A stretch of 40,936 bases of DNA from Octopus bimaculoides. Its lineage: Eukaryota. Below are positions 23,751 to 36,999 of this stretch, in pieces. The notes beneath the pieces were generated by a model. That model ran no database searches. It saw nothing but the letters and a program-made list of their open reading frames with translations, and was not told the DNA's origin. Every line of letters begins with the position of its first letter. Positions within the stretch are counted from its first letter, which is position 1. The stretch is taken from assembly GCF_001194135.2 (NCBI RefSeq), contig NC_069000.1:33397433-33438368 (forward strand). Direction: 5' to 3'. Made by a program: the position numbers and the translations under genes.

Positions 23751-24899
23751 AGATCGTTGGCATTGTTTGTGAAAGGAAAGCAAAAGACATGTTAACGTAC
23801 CATATGTGTACCATTATTGCATTTTTGTTTGTCGACATTTGTTTGGTTTTTCTGTCAGCTTTTCTAATCATCCAAAATAAAAATAAAAACATCAATAAAT
23901 AGCAAATTTGATTACGTTTTCAGACGTATTGTTCTTAAAGTAAAGCGAAACAAGATGACTTCCAACTTGATATATAGTTTGTTTGAGAACAGCTGCTGGG
24001 CCTTACTAAATACACAAGCTGGTCGGTCCTCTGCTAGAATACTGCCTACGTATTTTAGTATGTGCTCCAACTAGAAACACACACATGCACGGCTACTCAC
24101 AGGGGTGATACGTTCAAATAGAAATTCACAACACAGTGAACGAGAAACGGGGAGCTACTAAGCAATAGACCGAAATGCTAAAGGTAATAGAAACATTTTT
24201 GTCAAATGACATCTTGTTGGCTTAAAATAAAAGACATACAATATGATGTAGTCCAAGATAAACTGTCTGTAAAAGAAAGACGAAATTATATGTTAAATTA
24301 GAGCTGATCAGTGTTTAAGGGATACCAAGAAGTTTATGTTACATTCATCGTAAATTCTTAAATCAATGAAGAAAAACGTGACATGAGAAATACATAAATA
24401 CCAGATTCCCTATTTTCGCCTTCACTTAAAAACACGGAGTGAACTGTTAGGGAATCTCTTGATGACTTAAAATAGTAGTTAAACCTCAATGAAATTACAT
24501 CGTACTCCCTTAAAAAGTAGAGGAGAGCATATTCAATAATACAGGCCATGATTTATGTCTGACAAAATGAACTAAGAAGATTCGACCCCAAAATACAATC
24601 CAACTTTCCCTACTGTCTTAAAAATGAAGAATACAAAAGAAGAGAAGGTGAAAATCGAAGTAATCATCACGGCTGAAACACCTTAAATCATAAATCTACT
24701 CGGTCAGAGCCGATAGACATCATAACAAGTACAATTGCCGTCACTCCCTGACGCTTGATAATCATTTGACTAATATCAACTGTACAGCAATATTGCTTGC
24801 TTCTCTGAACTACTCCAGCTTCTATTAGATTCAATTCTCACTTCATATATATTCTTCTTGTTATGGCGTGACAACCACACGATTTCTATGCTAAACATG

Positions 24900-26050
24900 T
24901 TGCTCGATTTCCCATTTATAGATCTGTATCCTTCTCGACATTCACACTCAATCCTTCTCTTCCTAAATTCGATCCCGCTAGACTCCAAAGTAAATGTTTC
25001 TTTCCTAAAACTGGTTCCTCGCGTAACTCCATATTTAACTCGCCTCGCGAAACTTGATTCTTCTGTACTCTATACACAAGCTTTACTCCAAAAACTTGGG
25101 TTCTTAGGCACTCTATATTCAATTCTTCCACTCTAAAATTCAGTTTTTCTAAATTCACTCTATACTCAATTCTTTTCTCTACAAAACCAAATAATCCATG
25201 AACTACATACCCAATGCGCCGCTCTATTCTAATTACATTCTCAATTCTTCCTCTCGAACCATTCTTTCTAAAACTTGGTCTACATAGAACCCTTTATTCG
25301 ATCTTCCCATTCCAAAACACGACACCGCTGAACTCAGTCCTTCTCAGTTCCTTCTTTTTCAACTCAATCCTTCTAAAGTCATTCTCAGTAATACCCCTCC
25401 AAACAATTTTGCAAACCTGCTTTTAATCTTTTCATCTCCGCATAACTAGAGCCTCCTGATATGCCATATTTAATTTTCATCTCTGAAACTCTATCCTTCT
25501 GGACTCCGTACCCAAGCTCTCCTTTTCGAACAAGTTCCCTCTTAACTCTTTACTCAATATTTTCTCTCCCAGCACTCAACAGTCAAACACTCTCCTCTAG
25601 ATCCCCGATCTTGTGGATCAATATTGTAAACATCTCTCCAAAACTGGATTTCAAAGAGCTCTTTATTTAGCCATGACTCTCTGAAGCAATACTTTTCTGT
25701 AACGCAGTTCTCAGTCCTTTCCGAAAGCTTGATCTCATTGCATTCAGTTCACTCCAAATCCTTACTCCCCTAAACTTAACCTCTCTCGGAAACCAATTCA
25801 GAAACCTTCCTATCACAGATTGAACCGCATGAACTTCATACTCAGTACTTCTCTAAATATGGATTACTCGCAACAATACTCGTCCGAACGTTTCCCATAC
25901 CAGATACTTCTGCTCTACTAACCCAATAATTCCACCCTGGAATGACTTCCCTCTCCTGAATCCCCCTACAAACCTTCCTCGCCAAAACTCCGTCTTTCTG
26001 ATATCCATAGAAAATTATCCCTTTTCAGAAGACCCCTCTGGAATTCTATT
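24900..26050. repeat. Decayed ~44-bp minisatellite array, C/T-rich on +
   Basis: Unit starts aaaactggtt (25007), aaacttgatt (25050), aaaacttggg (25091), aaaattcagt (25135), aaaacttggt (25270), aaaacacgac (25314), aaaactggat (25640); shared core actctatattcaattcttc. Confidence 0.7.
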
Positions 26051-27773
26051 CTCAAATTTGCTTTTCTATCAACGAAGGGTATTCATTTTTATCAATTATA
26101 GACAGGAGATTTATGATCTCATTTGCTATTTATTATTTATTTCTGACGTATTCTAACACACTAAACCCAACTGCTTTTCTCCCAAACCATATCGCTGAAT
26201 ACCTTTCAACCAATGACATTTTAAAAGCCAAACTGAACTTTAACATTCGCTCTTACCATTTTATAGCTGAACCAGTCATTACCAATTCAAATCCTCTTTT
26301 TCCTTCGGTAACTTGAGTATGCACGAAATAAGATCGTCAGATTTACACTGACTGCCCTCGGCAACAAATGGGCTTTATCTCTGCCTAACCGAGACAACGA
26401 AATATTCGAGCGAAATCTCACTGATAATCTTTTCAAATCCTACCGATAATCAAAACCCTTAGCTCAAATCCAGCAATTTGGTTTATTCGCAGTTCCTATA
26501 CAGAAGGACAGACTAAATATTCTACTTGCAGCATCTAAAAAAGCCGCATCAACAACATATCGTCTGTCAGTTTAGCAGCATAAAATCAAAGAGTGCTTTT
26601 GTTAATCTCACGCTGCAACCCTTTTCACTTCTCCAATTGGAGCAAGTGCCTTGTGATTCCTTGTCTAGTTAATCACTGCTTGCTTTTCAGATCTTTTTAC
26701 CCACTGCTCGTCAACAGAATTACGAATTATTAGGTAGCGATGCTGCTGAAATAGACTTTACATTTGTTGTCCACTTTCTTTCTAAATTCCACATGCAACT
26801 TAATTCAACAAAATTCTCGTCATACTCTCCTTCCTCACTCCACTAGTCTCACCCTGTTATACAAGCTGTCGATTTATGAGAAACCTTTTCCGGTCACTCA
26901 AACCAATGGTTCTCAACCATTTTTATCTATGGACTTCTTTGATTACTATTTTACTCTCGTGAACTCCTATATCCATCCGATGTTTCAAAACTAATTTTAT
27001 AGAAACTGCTTTCAAAATTCCCATTTTGTTTTTCACACTTTAAGTTCACATAGGTCTTTTTGATACCCGGTGCTTAGCTGCTACTGTAGCAAATTCTGAA
27101 GAAATAGAATGAATCGGATGTCAATATTCAAACCGTTAAAGCCACTGAATTAGACATTGGATATAAGTTAAATCTAAGCTTTCAAATGGTTAATGACTTA
27201 ATATCAGTGAATAACGTCTTAGCTTTCAGAAGCTTAGTTAGACATCATTTCATAAATGGTTAATAGCACTGGAGTACGTCTCATCAACAAATATGCAATC
27301 AAAGAAATTGTTGCATTTAAACCATTCAATTCTGAAATTTCTTCCACTTCAATAACTATGCTTTTAAAAGACTATAAAACCTATTAAAAGCACATAAAAG
27401 CATTAGAAGAGAGAGTATTGTCATACAAAGAAAATTTATTAATGTCTCGACATATCAGAATATAACTGATTAAATACAACTCTGCCTAAGCAGTGCGTAA
27501 AATTATAATTGCATTGATTTGCTATTGGAAAATATTTGAAACGGTCAGTTCTTAGTGATATACCAATCGATTATGGCACACACACTGACTCTTGCTTCTA
27601 ATCTCCTATATTCTACTAACCTGTGTACGATGGATACCTACTTTAACTAACCAATCACTAAAGCGGACAAATCACGTCCTTTTCTACAACACGAAATTAC
27701 ATTCAATAACGAGAAATATTTAATGGGAGTTACTGTGTGTCTTTATATATATGTGTGTGTACCTATATATACA

Positions 27774-27774
<1 letters not shown>

Positions 27775-27847
<73 letters not shown>

Positions 27848-27905
27848 CATGTGTGTATATATATATATATATCTATACATACACACGTGTGTGTGTGTGT
27901 GTGAA
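27775..27905. repeat. (TA)n/(TG)n microsatellite
   Basis: Direct. Confidence 0.95.
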
Positions 27906-27934
27906 TACAGTCTTTGCTTTCTCTCTATTTCCAT

Positions 27935-28285
27935 GTGTGTCCCACTACGTGACACCTTGGGCAAGCGTCTTCTACTATAGCCTCAGGCCGACCAAAGCCT
28001 TGTAAATGGATTTAGTAGATGGAAACTGAAAGAGGCCGGTCCTATATATGTGTATATATATGTGTGTCTTTGCGCTAGTGCTTGCCCATCCCCACAACCG
28101 CTTGTCAACCAGTGCTGATGTGTTTACGTCCTCGTAACTTAGCGGTTCCGCAAAATGACTGATAGAGTAAGTGCCAGGCTTTAAAAAGATTTAAAGATTG
28201 GAGTCGATACATTCGACTAAAACTTTTTAAAGGTGGTGCTCCAGGATGGCTGCAGTCTAATGACTGAAACAAGTAAAATGTTAAG
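27935..28285 (+). mobile_element. Family A SINE lacking its 5' end
   Basis: cccactacgtgacaccttgggcaagcgtcttctactatagcctcaggccgaccaaagcc...ggtggtgctccaggatggctgcagtctaatgactgaaacaagtaaaa. Confidence 0.9.
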
Positions 28286-28346
28286 AAAAAGATGTATATA
28301 TCTTTCGTGGTGTGTAGAACCAACTTTTAACCACTATTGTTTGCAG

Positions 28347-28608
28347 GTTTATTCCCATCCGGAGCAGTAGCATTTAGCAGGGTCCCAGCTATGGGGGAAT
28401 TAGCATGTCATGGGATTGCCTCGAAAAAACAAAAGGTCATTCACAGTCACTCCAAGGGACCTGGGCACATAAGGCACTTCAGCTCTTTAAATGCCGATCT
28501 GAGAGAAGGCATTTATATAGAAAACCGGCATGCTGATTACTGGGCCAGTCTTGCCTCACACTTTCTTCAAAAGTGCGATGGCGTTTGGAAACCAGTTGAT
28601 GAGGACAG
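28347..28608 (+). other. Exon-like 262-nt open segment (phase 1 to 2), or the antisense of a decayed retroelement zinc-knuckle region
   Basis: ccactattgtttgcag| ... GACAG|gtaaac with 86 uninterrupted codons. The minus strand reads YPVCRIKVENLQ/HMFTCPH (CxxC..H..C-like) across a frameshift. Confidence 0.3.
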
Positions 28609-28784
28609 GTAAACATGCTACTGGAGGTTTTCAACTTTGATCCTGCACACAGGGTAGCTTTGACTAGCTGACCGCTCATTCGTCGAAGGGATGTGATAGT
28701 CCACCATTCTACATATATTTATCTATCTACATACATATGTACATATAAGCATTACATACATATATACACACATATAAACACATA

Positions 28785-28833
<49 letters not shown>

Positions 28834-30528
28834 GCACGCACATTTACATATATATATGCATACATACATGTACATACAACTCTTCGAAACGCCCGTGTTA
28901 AGACGGGGGTAGCTGATGAAGGAAAATGTTCTCTATGTGGCTTGTGTGTTTTCTGTACTCTGGTTATTATTATTTTCTTGTCTACGTTTTGTTTGCAATG
29001 TCCTGTACCCAGATATGCACCTATATATACAGGCAGACGTAGGTATGCACATACTTGTACGTATATATGCATATACTCATTTACCATTCGTTTATGTATA
29101 TATATATATATATATATATTGGGACGGGAAGCACACACATAAAGCTATAAAAATAGCATATAAATATTGGATTGAAAAACACTTTTGGACAGAAAAAGTC
29201 GAAGGCTGTGGAAAATCCAATGTGGACAGGGAAAATTTGAAAGGAGAGAAATTAATGAGAAACATCATATTTGTGCATACTCCAAGGTATAAAAACACTG
29301 GCTGCAACTGATCATCATCAGTCGTCTACTTCCAACTTCTTTTTCTGAAGAAATACACTGTCCGAAGCGTCGGATTTTCCACAAGTCACAATAATTTCAC
29401 TATATTCTTTTTATCAATTTTGCTACATAAGAATTTCCGACGCACACCAAAACCAGCCTTTCTGGAATCTGTTTGATCACGTGTATGCGTGTGTGTGTGT
29501 GTTGTAGTGTGTGTGTACGTTTGTGTATCTGTGCGCGCGTGTATGTATGTATGTATGTATGTATGTATGTATGTATCAACCAAATGCTGACACATCCTTC
29601 TCGCCCTCCGACTCTCAAATCCACAGAGTTTCGCTGGGTCAAGTGTGAGAGGATAGAGAGACTATTTATATCTGCTCGCAATTAGATAGGCACCTAGAAC
29701 AATTAATGAAAGCATGGTACAAGCTTCCTAGTCGGCTACGCTTTATGCCATTTGTATACGTGTATGCGTACGCGCGTGCACTTATATGTGTATAAATACA
29801 TCTGTATACACGTATCATATATGTAGGTGGGTGTATTTTGAATACTTTAAGAATTTATTGTATACGACATTTAGAATATCACTCCTTTAACTTAATTATC
29901 CATATTCATGCTAATGGAAAATTTGACTAATTTCTCTACCTTTTTTTTTTTTTTTGCTATTTAATTATGCCATTAATGTCCTAAATACTCCGCTCTTTGA
30001 TCATTTTAATGATAGCACTTTCGAACATACGCATACAGACGCACTATTTCGGTTTGAGAGAATAGTCCAATAAATTCACTTCAGTACTTAAATGGTACAT
30101 GTTTTTTTTATAGAAAACTGAAAAAGAATATTTTTTTAAATCTCAGAGGATCGCACAGAGCTTTGAACTTGGACTCCAAAGTATATATAACTAAATGCAT
30201 AAAGTATTATGTCTAGCACACATTCTAGCCTACAATCCAGGGTCTTTACATAAAGTAATAAGATCTACATGATATAGCTTAAAATATACAAATGCTTAAA
30301 AAGAACAATTCTGTGAGCAACCTACATATAAACAAACACGCTATAAAATTGGATCCAAACGAAGAAAAGATAACACCAACAGCAACAACTTCAATAAATA
30401 CAAGGGGAAAGGGACGTAAAAAAAAGTGAACCTGATTCTAATTCAATATTGAAAAATATATTACATTTCTGCTATTATTTTTTTTTTTAATCTTATTCAA
30501 TTCTATTTTATTTAAATAATATTATATG

Positions 30529-30560
<32 letters not shown>

Positions 30561-30591
30561 TGTATGTATGTATGTATGAATGTATGTATGC

Positions 30592-30603
30592 AGATCGGAA
30601 GAG
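30592..30603 (+). other. Illumina adapter remnant at a contig end
   Basis: AGATCGGAAGAG, the TruSeq adapter prefix, lies immediately before the N run. Confidence 0.9.
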
Positions 30604-30800
30604 NNNNNNNNNNNNNNNNNNNNNNNNNNNNNNNNNNNNNNNNNNNNNNNNNNNNNNNNNNNNNNNNNNNNNNNNNNNNNNNNNNNNNNNNNNNNNNNNN
30701 NNNNNNNNNNNNNNNNNNNNNNNNNNNNNNNNNNNNNNNNNNNNNNNNNNNNNNNNNNNNNNNNNNNNNNNNNNNNNNNNNNNNNNNNNNNNNNNNNNNN
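30604..30800. other. Assembly gap
   Basis: N run. Confidence 1.
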
Positions 30801-31689
30801 ATATATATATATATATATAGTCATTGTAGGAGAGCAGAAGAAATTCTCCTCCCATAAAAATAATATTGTGAAGTACGTAGCAATGATTAACTTCTAGCAT
30901 AGGCACAAGAAGTGGAAAGATAAAGTGAACTAAATCGCCACCAGTACATCACTGGTATAAACGACTATTTAGCTGAGTCATTAGTGCGTCGGAGATAATG
31001 CTATGCGGTATTTGTCCCGGATCTCTGCATTCTGAGTTCAAATCTTACTGCCATCAAGTTTTCCTTTCATCATAATTGAAAATACCAATCTTATATTAGA
31101 CCTTTCTTTTTTCTTTCTTTAATTTGGCTGAGCTTTACCTCGAAAAGGGTCGTGGAAGAACCATTTATGAAAAAGAGTTGAGCACTGAAGTTGTTGCTGT
31201 TGTTGTCATCTTCTCTTCGTTTGGATCCAATTTTATGGCGTGTTTGGTTAAATGTAGGTTACTCTCATAAGTGTATTCAGTCACCGTTGATCGGAAGGGT
31301 ACAAGTGTACTGAACCAACGTCGATCGGATACTAAAATTTAATATCAGCAAACGACGGGATGGTCACGACTCAAATACCTTTGAACGTACATCTATTTAC
31401 TCAGCCAGCGTTGACCAGATCTAACAACAGCTAACGACGGAATTGTGATGATTGGAATATATTTGTTCGCAGCTGTTTTCGATCCACAACTGCGTAAGAA
31501 GCCTCAGCATACCATTGCAGGTCTCCTTCTGTTAATGGTTGGCCTCCTTGTCAATGACTGGCTGGAAGTTTTGGACAAATGCTGGTGCGAACTCTTGTAG
31601 ATTATCTGTAACCATCAGCACATTAGACAGAATTTCATACTGCGGGGAATCCTCTCCGATGCTCTTATTTATAATTCCACTAATCCACT

Positions 31690-31850
31690 ACTCCGGACCG
31701 GCACTTATTTATTTACCAACCCTGAAATAGTAAAGAGGGGGAAATCGACCTCGGCGGATTTGAACTGATGAACAGACATTCGACACCATTATTTTCGGTT
31801 TTAGTTCCACTCTAACGGCTCTACCATTTCGCTGCTTATAAAATAATTTT
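31690..31850 (-). mobile_element. Decayed family B SINE
   Basis: ggcacttatttatttaccaaccctgaaa...aaatcgacctcggcggatttgaact. Confidence 0.65.
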
Positions 31851-32052
31851 CTAGCTTAATTATTCAGGGATAATTTTATTTGGTTATTTATAGTTTTTAT
31901 TTATTTATTTATTTATTATTTATTGAGGGATTTGTAGACTCAACTAGATTGGTGCCAGTGCATGGCTGGAAGAAGTGGGTATGAACTAAGAATGTAAAGA
32001 AATGTAAGTACTCGCAAGGCTCATAAACACTATTTTCTTTAATGAATTAACA

Positions 32053-32065
32053 CGATGATGATCGC

Positions 32066-32101
<36 letters not shown>

Positions 32102-32200
32102 GGGACAGAGGAAGCCGACGAAGACGATGACGATGACGACGACGACGATGATGATGATGATGATGACGACAATGATGATGATGGTGATGACGACGACGAC
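32053..32200. repeat. (GAT)n/(GAC)n microsatellite
   Basis: Direct. Confidence 0.95.
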
Positions 32201-33021
32201 CGAAGTTGGAAATCTGCAAAAAGAACTATCGAGCGCTGTTTAGGCCAGTCCTTATAAAGTAGACCGATGATTCAAGACATTCCAGCCATGACCATCTCTG
32301 TTTTAAATTCAAACATAGAGAGCCACATTATGCAATATGTCTTTTTGTCTTCTTAAGGTGTGATTTCAGGAGAGATTTGGCTACTATTTCTAAGAGCTTG
32401 AGGATTGCGTGATGGGATGTTGGCGTGGCGTTATTTTATGTTCTCTCATGACAAACGATGTTTTAATCTTTTTTTTTTTTAAATTCAATTTTTACTGGAA
32501 TGTTCTGGGGGTAAAAAAATAAGCCCTCAAACATTTACCACCACCTCAACTTTACTTGTCGCTACTACCACCTCTCGTTCACCGAGATTTACTATTAATT
32601 TCTTGGTTTGTTATTGAAAAAAAAATAACTAAATATCGCCGGCACATGTTCCCCCAACCCAGGCACAGACTCACGAAAATAAATAACAGAGAGAAAGATA
32701 GAAAGAAAGAAAAGACAGGAAAAAAAAACACTAGATTTTTATTACCTTTTTTTGTTTTAATAAGCAAACACAGGAAACACGTTTCACCAACATTCTTATT
32801 TCGATATATTTACTTGGCTAAAAGTGGTGGGTGGCGGAGTCAGTAGAATATACTGGACAGAATACTTCACGTACCTTTAATTATGAATTCAAATCCTGCG
32901 TAGATCGATTTTTGCTTTTCAGCCTTTCTGAAGTTCGTTCGTTGTTATCAAGCTATATTCAATGTCATCAAATAAAACTTTGTAATTTTGCAGGAACACG
33001 ATTATATTTCATCTTTGCATT

Positions 33022-33168
33022 AGCATAGCTAGAGGGTGAAGAGGCGGTCCGCTCCGGGCAGCGTTATTATGGGGCGACTCTTTTGGGTCTTTTATATAAA
33101 CCTATATAGGGAGAGGCAGCAAAATCAAGGGTGGCCCTGGCGGCACACACTCTTACTACACGACTGCA
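33022..33168. mobile_element. Short GC-rich MITE-like element
   Basis: Ends gcatagctagagggtgaagaggcggtccgctccgggc and ccctggcggcacacactcttactacacgactg resemble decayed cagtggcgtagctag-type terminal inverted repeats. Confidence 0.45.
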
Positions 33169-33189
33169 TCCTTGGCCTAATGCCTCTGT

Positions 33190-33790
33190 GAAAAATTATT
33201 GCAATGAACTGATAGAATCGTAAAAGCGTCGAATGAAATACCTTGCGGTATTTGTTACCTTTCAATCTTCTGGGGGGATGGGTAAAATAAAGTACTGGTC
33301 AAGTACTCGAATCAGTATAAACGACCTACCACTCTCTTCAAATTTCCTGACCTTGTATGTACGTTACCGACAAGTATTACTACTTGGATGGTAACATCGG
33401 TGATGTGTTGGACAAAAAGCTTTGCAGTGTTCGTTCGGCTCTTTATTTTCTGAGGTCGCTGAAATAAAGTAACTGTCAAGTATTCAGATCGATTTAATTA
33501 ACTGTTCTTCATTCTTCTCTCCTCAAAAGTCATGCATAATGTCTTTGTTAGAAACGATTTTTATTGTGAAAATGGTGGCTAAGTTGGGGGAGCAACCGGA
33601 TCGTTAGAAGGTTGCGCAAGATATCTTGCGGAATTTGTACCGGCTCTTTATATTATGGGTCAAAATTCTGGCGAGGTCAACTTCACCTCACTTACTTCTT
33701 GGGTCGATAAAATGATGTACCAATCAAGTACATGATGATATTGACTAAGATTCTCCTCTGAACATTTCTGACCTTGTGCTTCAATCAGAA
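33190..33790 (+). mobile_element. Three consecutive decayed family B SINE copies
   Basis: Repeated atcgttaga..aaatac/gcttgcggtattt...taaaataaagtac..tcaagta units at about 33205, 33385 and 33590. Confidence 0.6.
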
Positions 33791-34030
33791 ACTACTGTAA
33801 AGAGGGCGGTAGATTGGTAGAACCGTTAAAGACACCGCAAAAACTGTTGCTAAGAGTTTCACGTTCGCGTTCGTCGGATACTTTTGAACTGTCTGACAAA
33901 CGGGAACGTGAAACTCTTAGCAACAGTTTTTGTGATGTATTTGCAGCTTCATTAATAAAGCATATTACACCGCCTCCGGTATTCGACTGCTATTTTTTCC
34001 ACCTTGTTTCACGTTTATGTGCTTACTCTG

Positions 34031-34090
<60 letters not shown>

Positions 34091-34984
34091 AACAAGTTTT
34101 AAAATAATGGTCATTACATATTTTTCTTTTTTTGAAGCAAGTTTGGTTTACAGCTGTTTCTAGTAGTTCTTAAAGGTACATTACTGATAGGTTTACTCAA
34201 TTAGTTTATTGATCAGTCGAGAAAATTTGAACGACATAAAAAAATTAATGTTGCCTTCATCAGAGCCATTTCTGGTTATAACAAAGCAGAACACTGAAGG
34301 AATGGTGAATGGATGGGGGTGAGAGAGGAAAAAATGGAAAGATGCAAGTAGAATAGAGAAAAGAGGTTGACAGGTTATATATATATATATAGGTATTGTA
34401 AATCTTACCCTGAATTGTGGTACAATATGGACAGATTTTTGAATACCAAGGAAAATTTATGCAGATATAATAATTTAAAGGATAAGCACATTACAATGGA
34501 TAATACTAGGTGGACTTTTCCTTTTTCTCTCTCTTTTTCTTTTTCTTTGTGATGTAATCTTGGGACTGAGAATGTTTGCGGCTGAAGATAGCTTTAAACC
34601 ATCCTTTCTATCAATTATATACTCATATAATGATGCAACGACAGTTTGTGTATAAAGCTTGAAACACGTGTACCGCGGAATCCTTTGCGTTCTATTTTCA
34701 TTTTACGTTTTAATACATATACATATCAACGGGTAAAAAAAAATTGCTTTAAACAGACATATGCACACGCTGCACTTTGCTACAAAGAAATACTCGTGCG
34801 TCAGTGTGGGACATTGAAAACACAAGTTTTCTAAATATCTCCGCATTTTCAGACCCGCAAGAAAAACTCGTGGAATATTAATGGGCAAAACGCAACCGAG
34901 TGGTTGAAAGTGGCTCGCATTGAATCTCCCCTATTGACGCGTAGTGATTAATGATGATGATGAGGCTTATGATAATGGTAAGAT

Positions 34985-35260
34985 GTGGCCGAATAGTTAA
35001 GAAGTTAGCTTTATAGTCTTAAGGTACAGGACTCGATCCCACTGCCTTGGCATCACTGACAAGTGTGTGTTGCCATAGCCTTCTGGCGACCGAAATCCTG
35101 TATTTTTAAAGTGCAATGAAGCTCGAATGAAGCCCGTCAATGTAGTTGTTGTTTGAAAACCTGGTCTTGTCGTACACTGAGTCACGCTAATTCCGCCTGT
35201 TTAACCACTTACACATTATTCGATTAGCAGGTACTTCAGCTGATATAACAGCTGAATAAC
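34985..35260 (+). mobile_element. Decayed family A SINE
   Basis: gtggccgaatagttaagaagttagc...gactcgatcccactgccttggcatcactgacaagtgtg. Confidence 0.6.
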
Positions 35261-35354
35261 CATGCTCGAAACTGACGGAAACTCATATGTATGACGGCGA
35301 TGATGATGATGGTGGTGTGTAGTTTGTTGTTGGTGGTGGTGGTGGTGGTGGTGG

Positions 35355-36096
35355 NNNNNNNNNNNNNNNNNNNNNNNNNNNNNNNNNNNNNNNNNNNNNN
35401 NNNNNNNNNNNNNNNNNNNNNNNNNNNNNNNNNNNNNNNNNNNNNNNNNNNNNNNNNNNNNNNNNNNNNNNNNNNNNNNNNNNNNNNNNNNNNNNNNNNN
35501 NNNNNNNNNNNNNNNNNNNNNNNNNNNNNNNNNNNNNNNNNNNNNNNNNNNNNNNNNNNNNNNNNNNNNNNNNNNNNNNNNNNNNNNNNNNNNNNNNNNN
35601 NNNNNNNNNNNNNNNNNNNNNNNNNNNNNNNNNNNNNNNNNNNNNNNNNNNNNNNNNNNNNNNNNNNNNNNNNNNNNNNNNNNNNNNNNNNNNNNNNNNN
35701 NNNNNNNNNNNNNNNNNNNNNNNNNNNNNNNNNNNNNNNNNNNNNNNNNNNNNNNNNNNNNNNNNNNNNNNNNNNNNNNNNNNNNNNNNNNNNNNNNNNN
35801 NNNNNNNNNNNNNNNNNNNNNNNNNNNNNNNNNNNNNNNNNNNNNNNNNNNNNNNNNNNNNNNNNNNNNNNNNNNNNNNNNNNNNNNNNNNNNNNNNNNN
35901 NNNNNNNNNNNNNNNNNNNNNNNNNNNNNNNNNNNNNNNNNNNNNNNNNNNNNNNNNNNNNNNNNNNNNNNNNNNNNNNNNNNNNNNNNNNNNNNNNNNN
36001 NNNNNNNNNNNNNNNNNNNNNNNNNNNNNNNNNNNNNNNNNNNNNNNNNNNNNNNNNNNNNNNNNNNNNNNNNNNNNNNNNNNNNNNNNNNNNNNN
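35355..36096. other. Assembly gap
   Basis: N run. Confidence 1.
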
Positions 36097-36099
36097 AAC

Positions 36100-36600
36100 T
36101 TTTATTCTCCTTTTCTCCTTCCCTCCTCCTCTTCTTCTTCTTCTTCTTCTACTACTTTCTTCTTTTCTTCTTCTTTTTCTTCTTCTTCTTTTTCTTCTTC
36201 TTCTTTTTCTTATTTCTTCTTCTTCTTCTTCCTTCTTCTTCTTCTTCTTCTTCTTCTGCCACCTCCCCCTCTTCCTCCTCCTCCTCCTTCTTCTTCTTCT
36301 TCACTTTCTTCTTCTTCTTCTTCACTTTCTTCTTCTTCTTCACTTTCTTCTTCTTCTTCTTCTTCTTCTTCTCCTTCTTCTTCTGCACTTTCTTCTTCTT
36401 CACTTTCTTCTTCTCCTTCTTCTTCGTCTTTCTTCTTCTTTCTTCTTCTTCTTCTTCTTCTGCCACCCCCTCCTCCTCCTCCTCCTCCTTCTTCTTCTTC
36501 TCCTCCTCCTTCTTCTTCTTCTTCACTTTCTTCTTCTTCTTCTTCTTCTTCTTCACTTTCTTCTTCTTCTTCTTCTTCTTCTTCTTTCACTCCTTCTCAC
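36100..36600. repeat. (CTT)n/(CCT)n low-complexity tract
   Basis: Direct; source of the poly-K/E ORFs. Confidence 0.95.
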
Positions 36601-36999
36601 ACATTCCTTTATACTCCTTTCCTGCGTTCTTAACCGTTCTCTTTCTATTTTGTGTTCCCTGCCTTCTTTTTCTTTCCTTTCTTCATCTTTATTTCTTTCT
36701 TTCTTTCTTCATTCTGTCTATTCCTCTTTCTTCCTTTTCTTCCTTCCTCTTTCTTTCGTTCTTTTTATTCTTTTACCCATTAATTTAAAACTTCACTTCA
36801 TTTTCTGTATTCATTTTTTGTTTTTCTTCTATTTTTTTACTTATTTGTTTATATTCAATAGATTTTAATTTAATTAAAATAAACAACAAAAACAACATTT
36901 CCCTGCGGTTGGAGGGGAGGGGTAAGTTGTACTTTGAGTAAAAACAAATGTCGAGATAAGTCAACAATGATTGTAATAGGCGAATGTTATGTGATATTG

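Larger units (their letters stand above)
30319..31260. repeat. 75-bp inverted repeat pair (30319-30393 and 31186-31260)
   Basis: aacctacatataaacaaacacgctataaaattggatccaaacgaagaaaagataacaccaacagcaacaacttca versus the reverse complement of the right arm; 6 mismatches by my count. Confidence 0.9.

Noticed and set aside
21321-23902. HT/YI/CV-repeat ORFs (also 13914-14181 and 27723-29685)
   Set aside because: Products of (TG)n, (TA)n and (TATG)n repeats.
24540-24660. TGH...PYC..EE remnant resembling an I-group LINE zinc knuckle
   Set aside because: Needs frameshifts and is too short to call.
24858-26050. Leucine-rich-repeat pseudogene interpretation
   Set aside because: The period is about 44 nt and shifts frame between units, unlike the ~72-nt LRR period.
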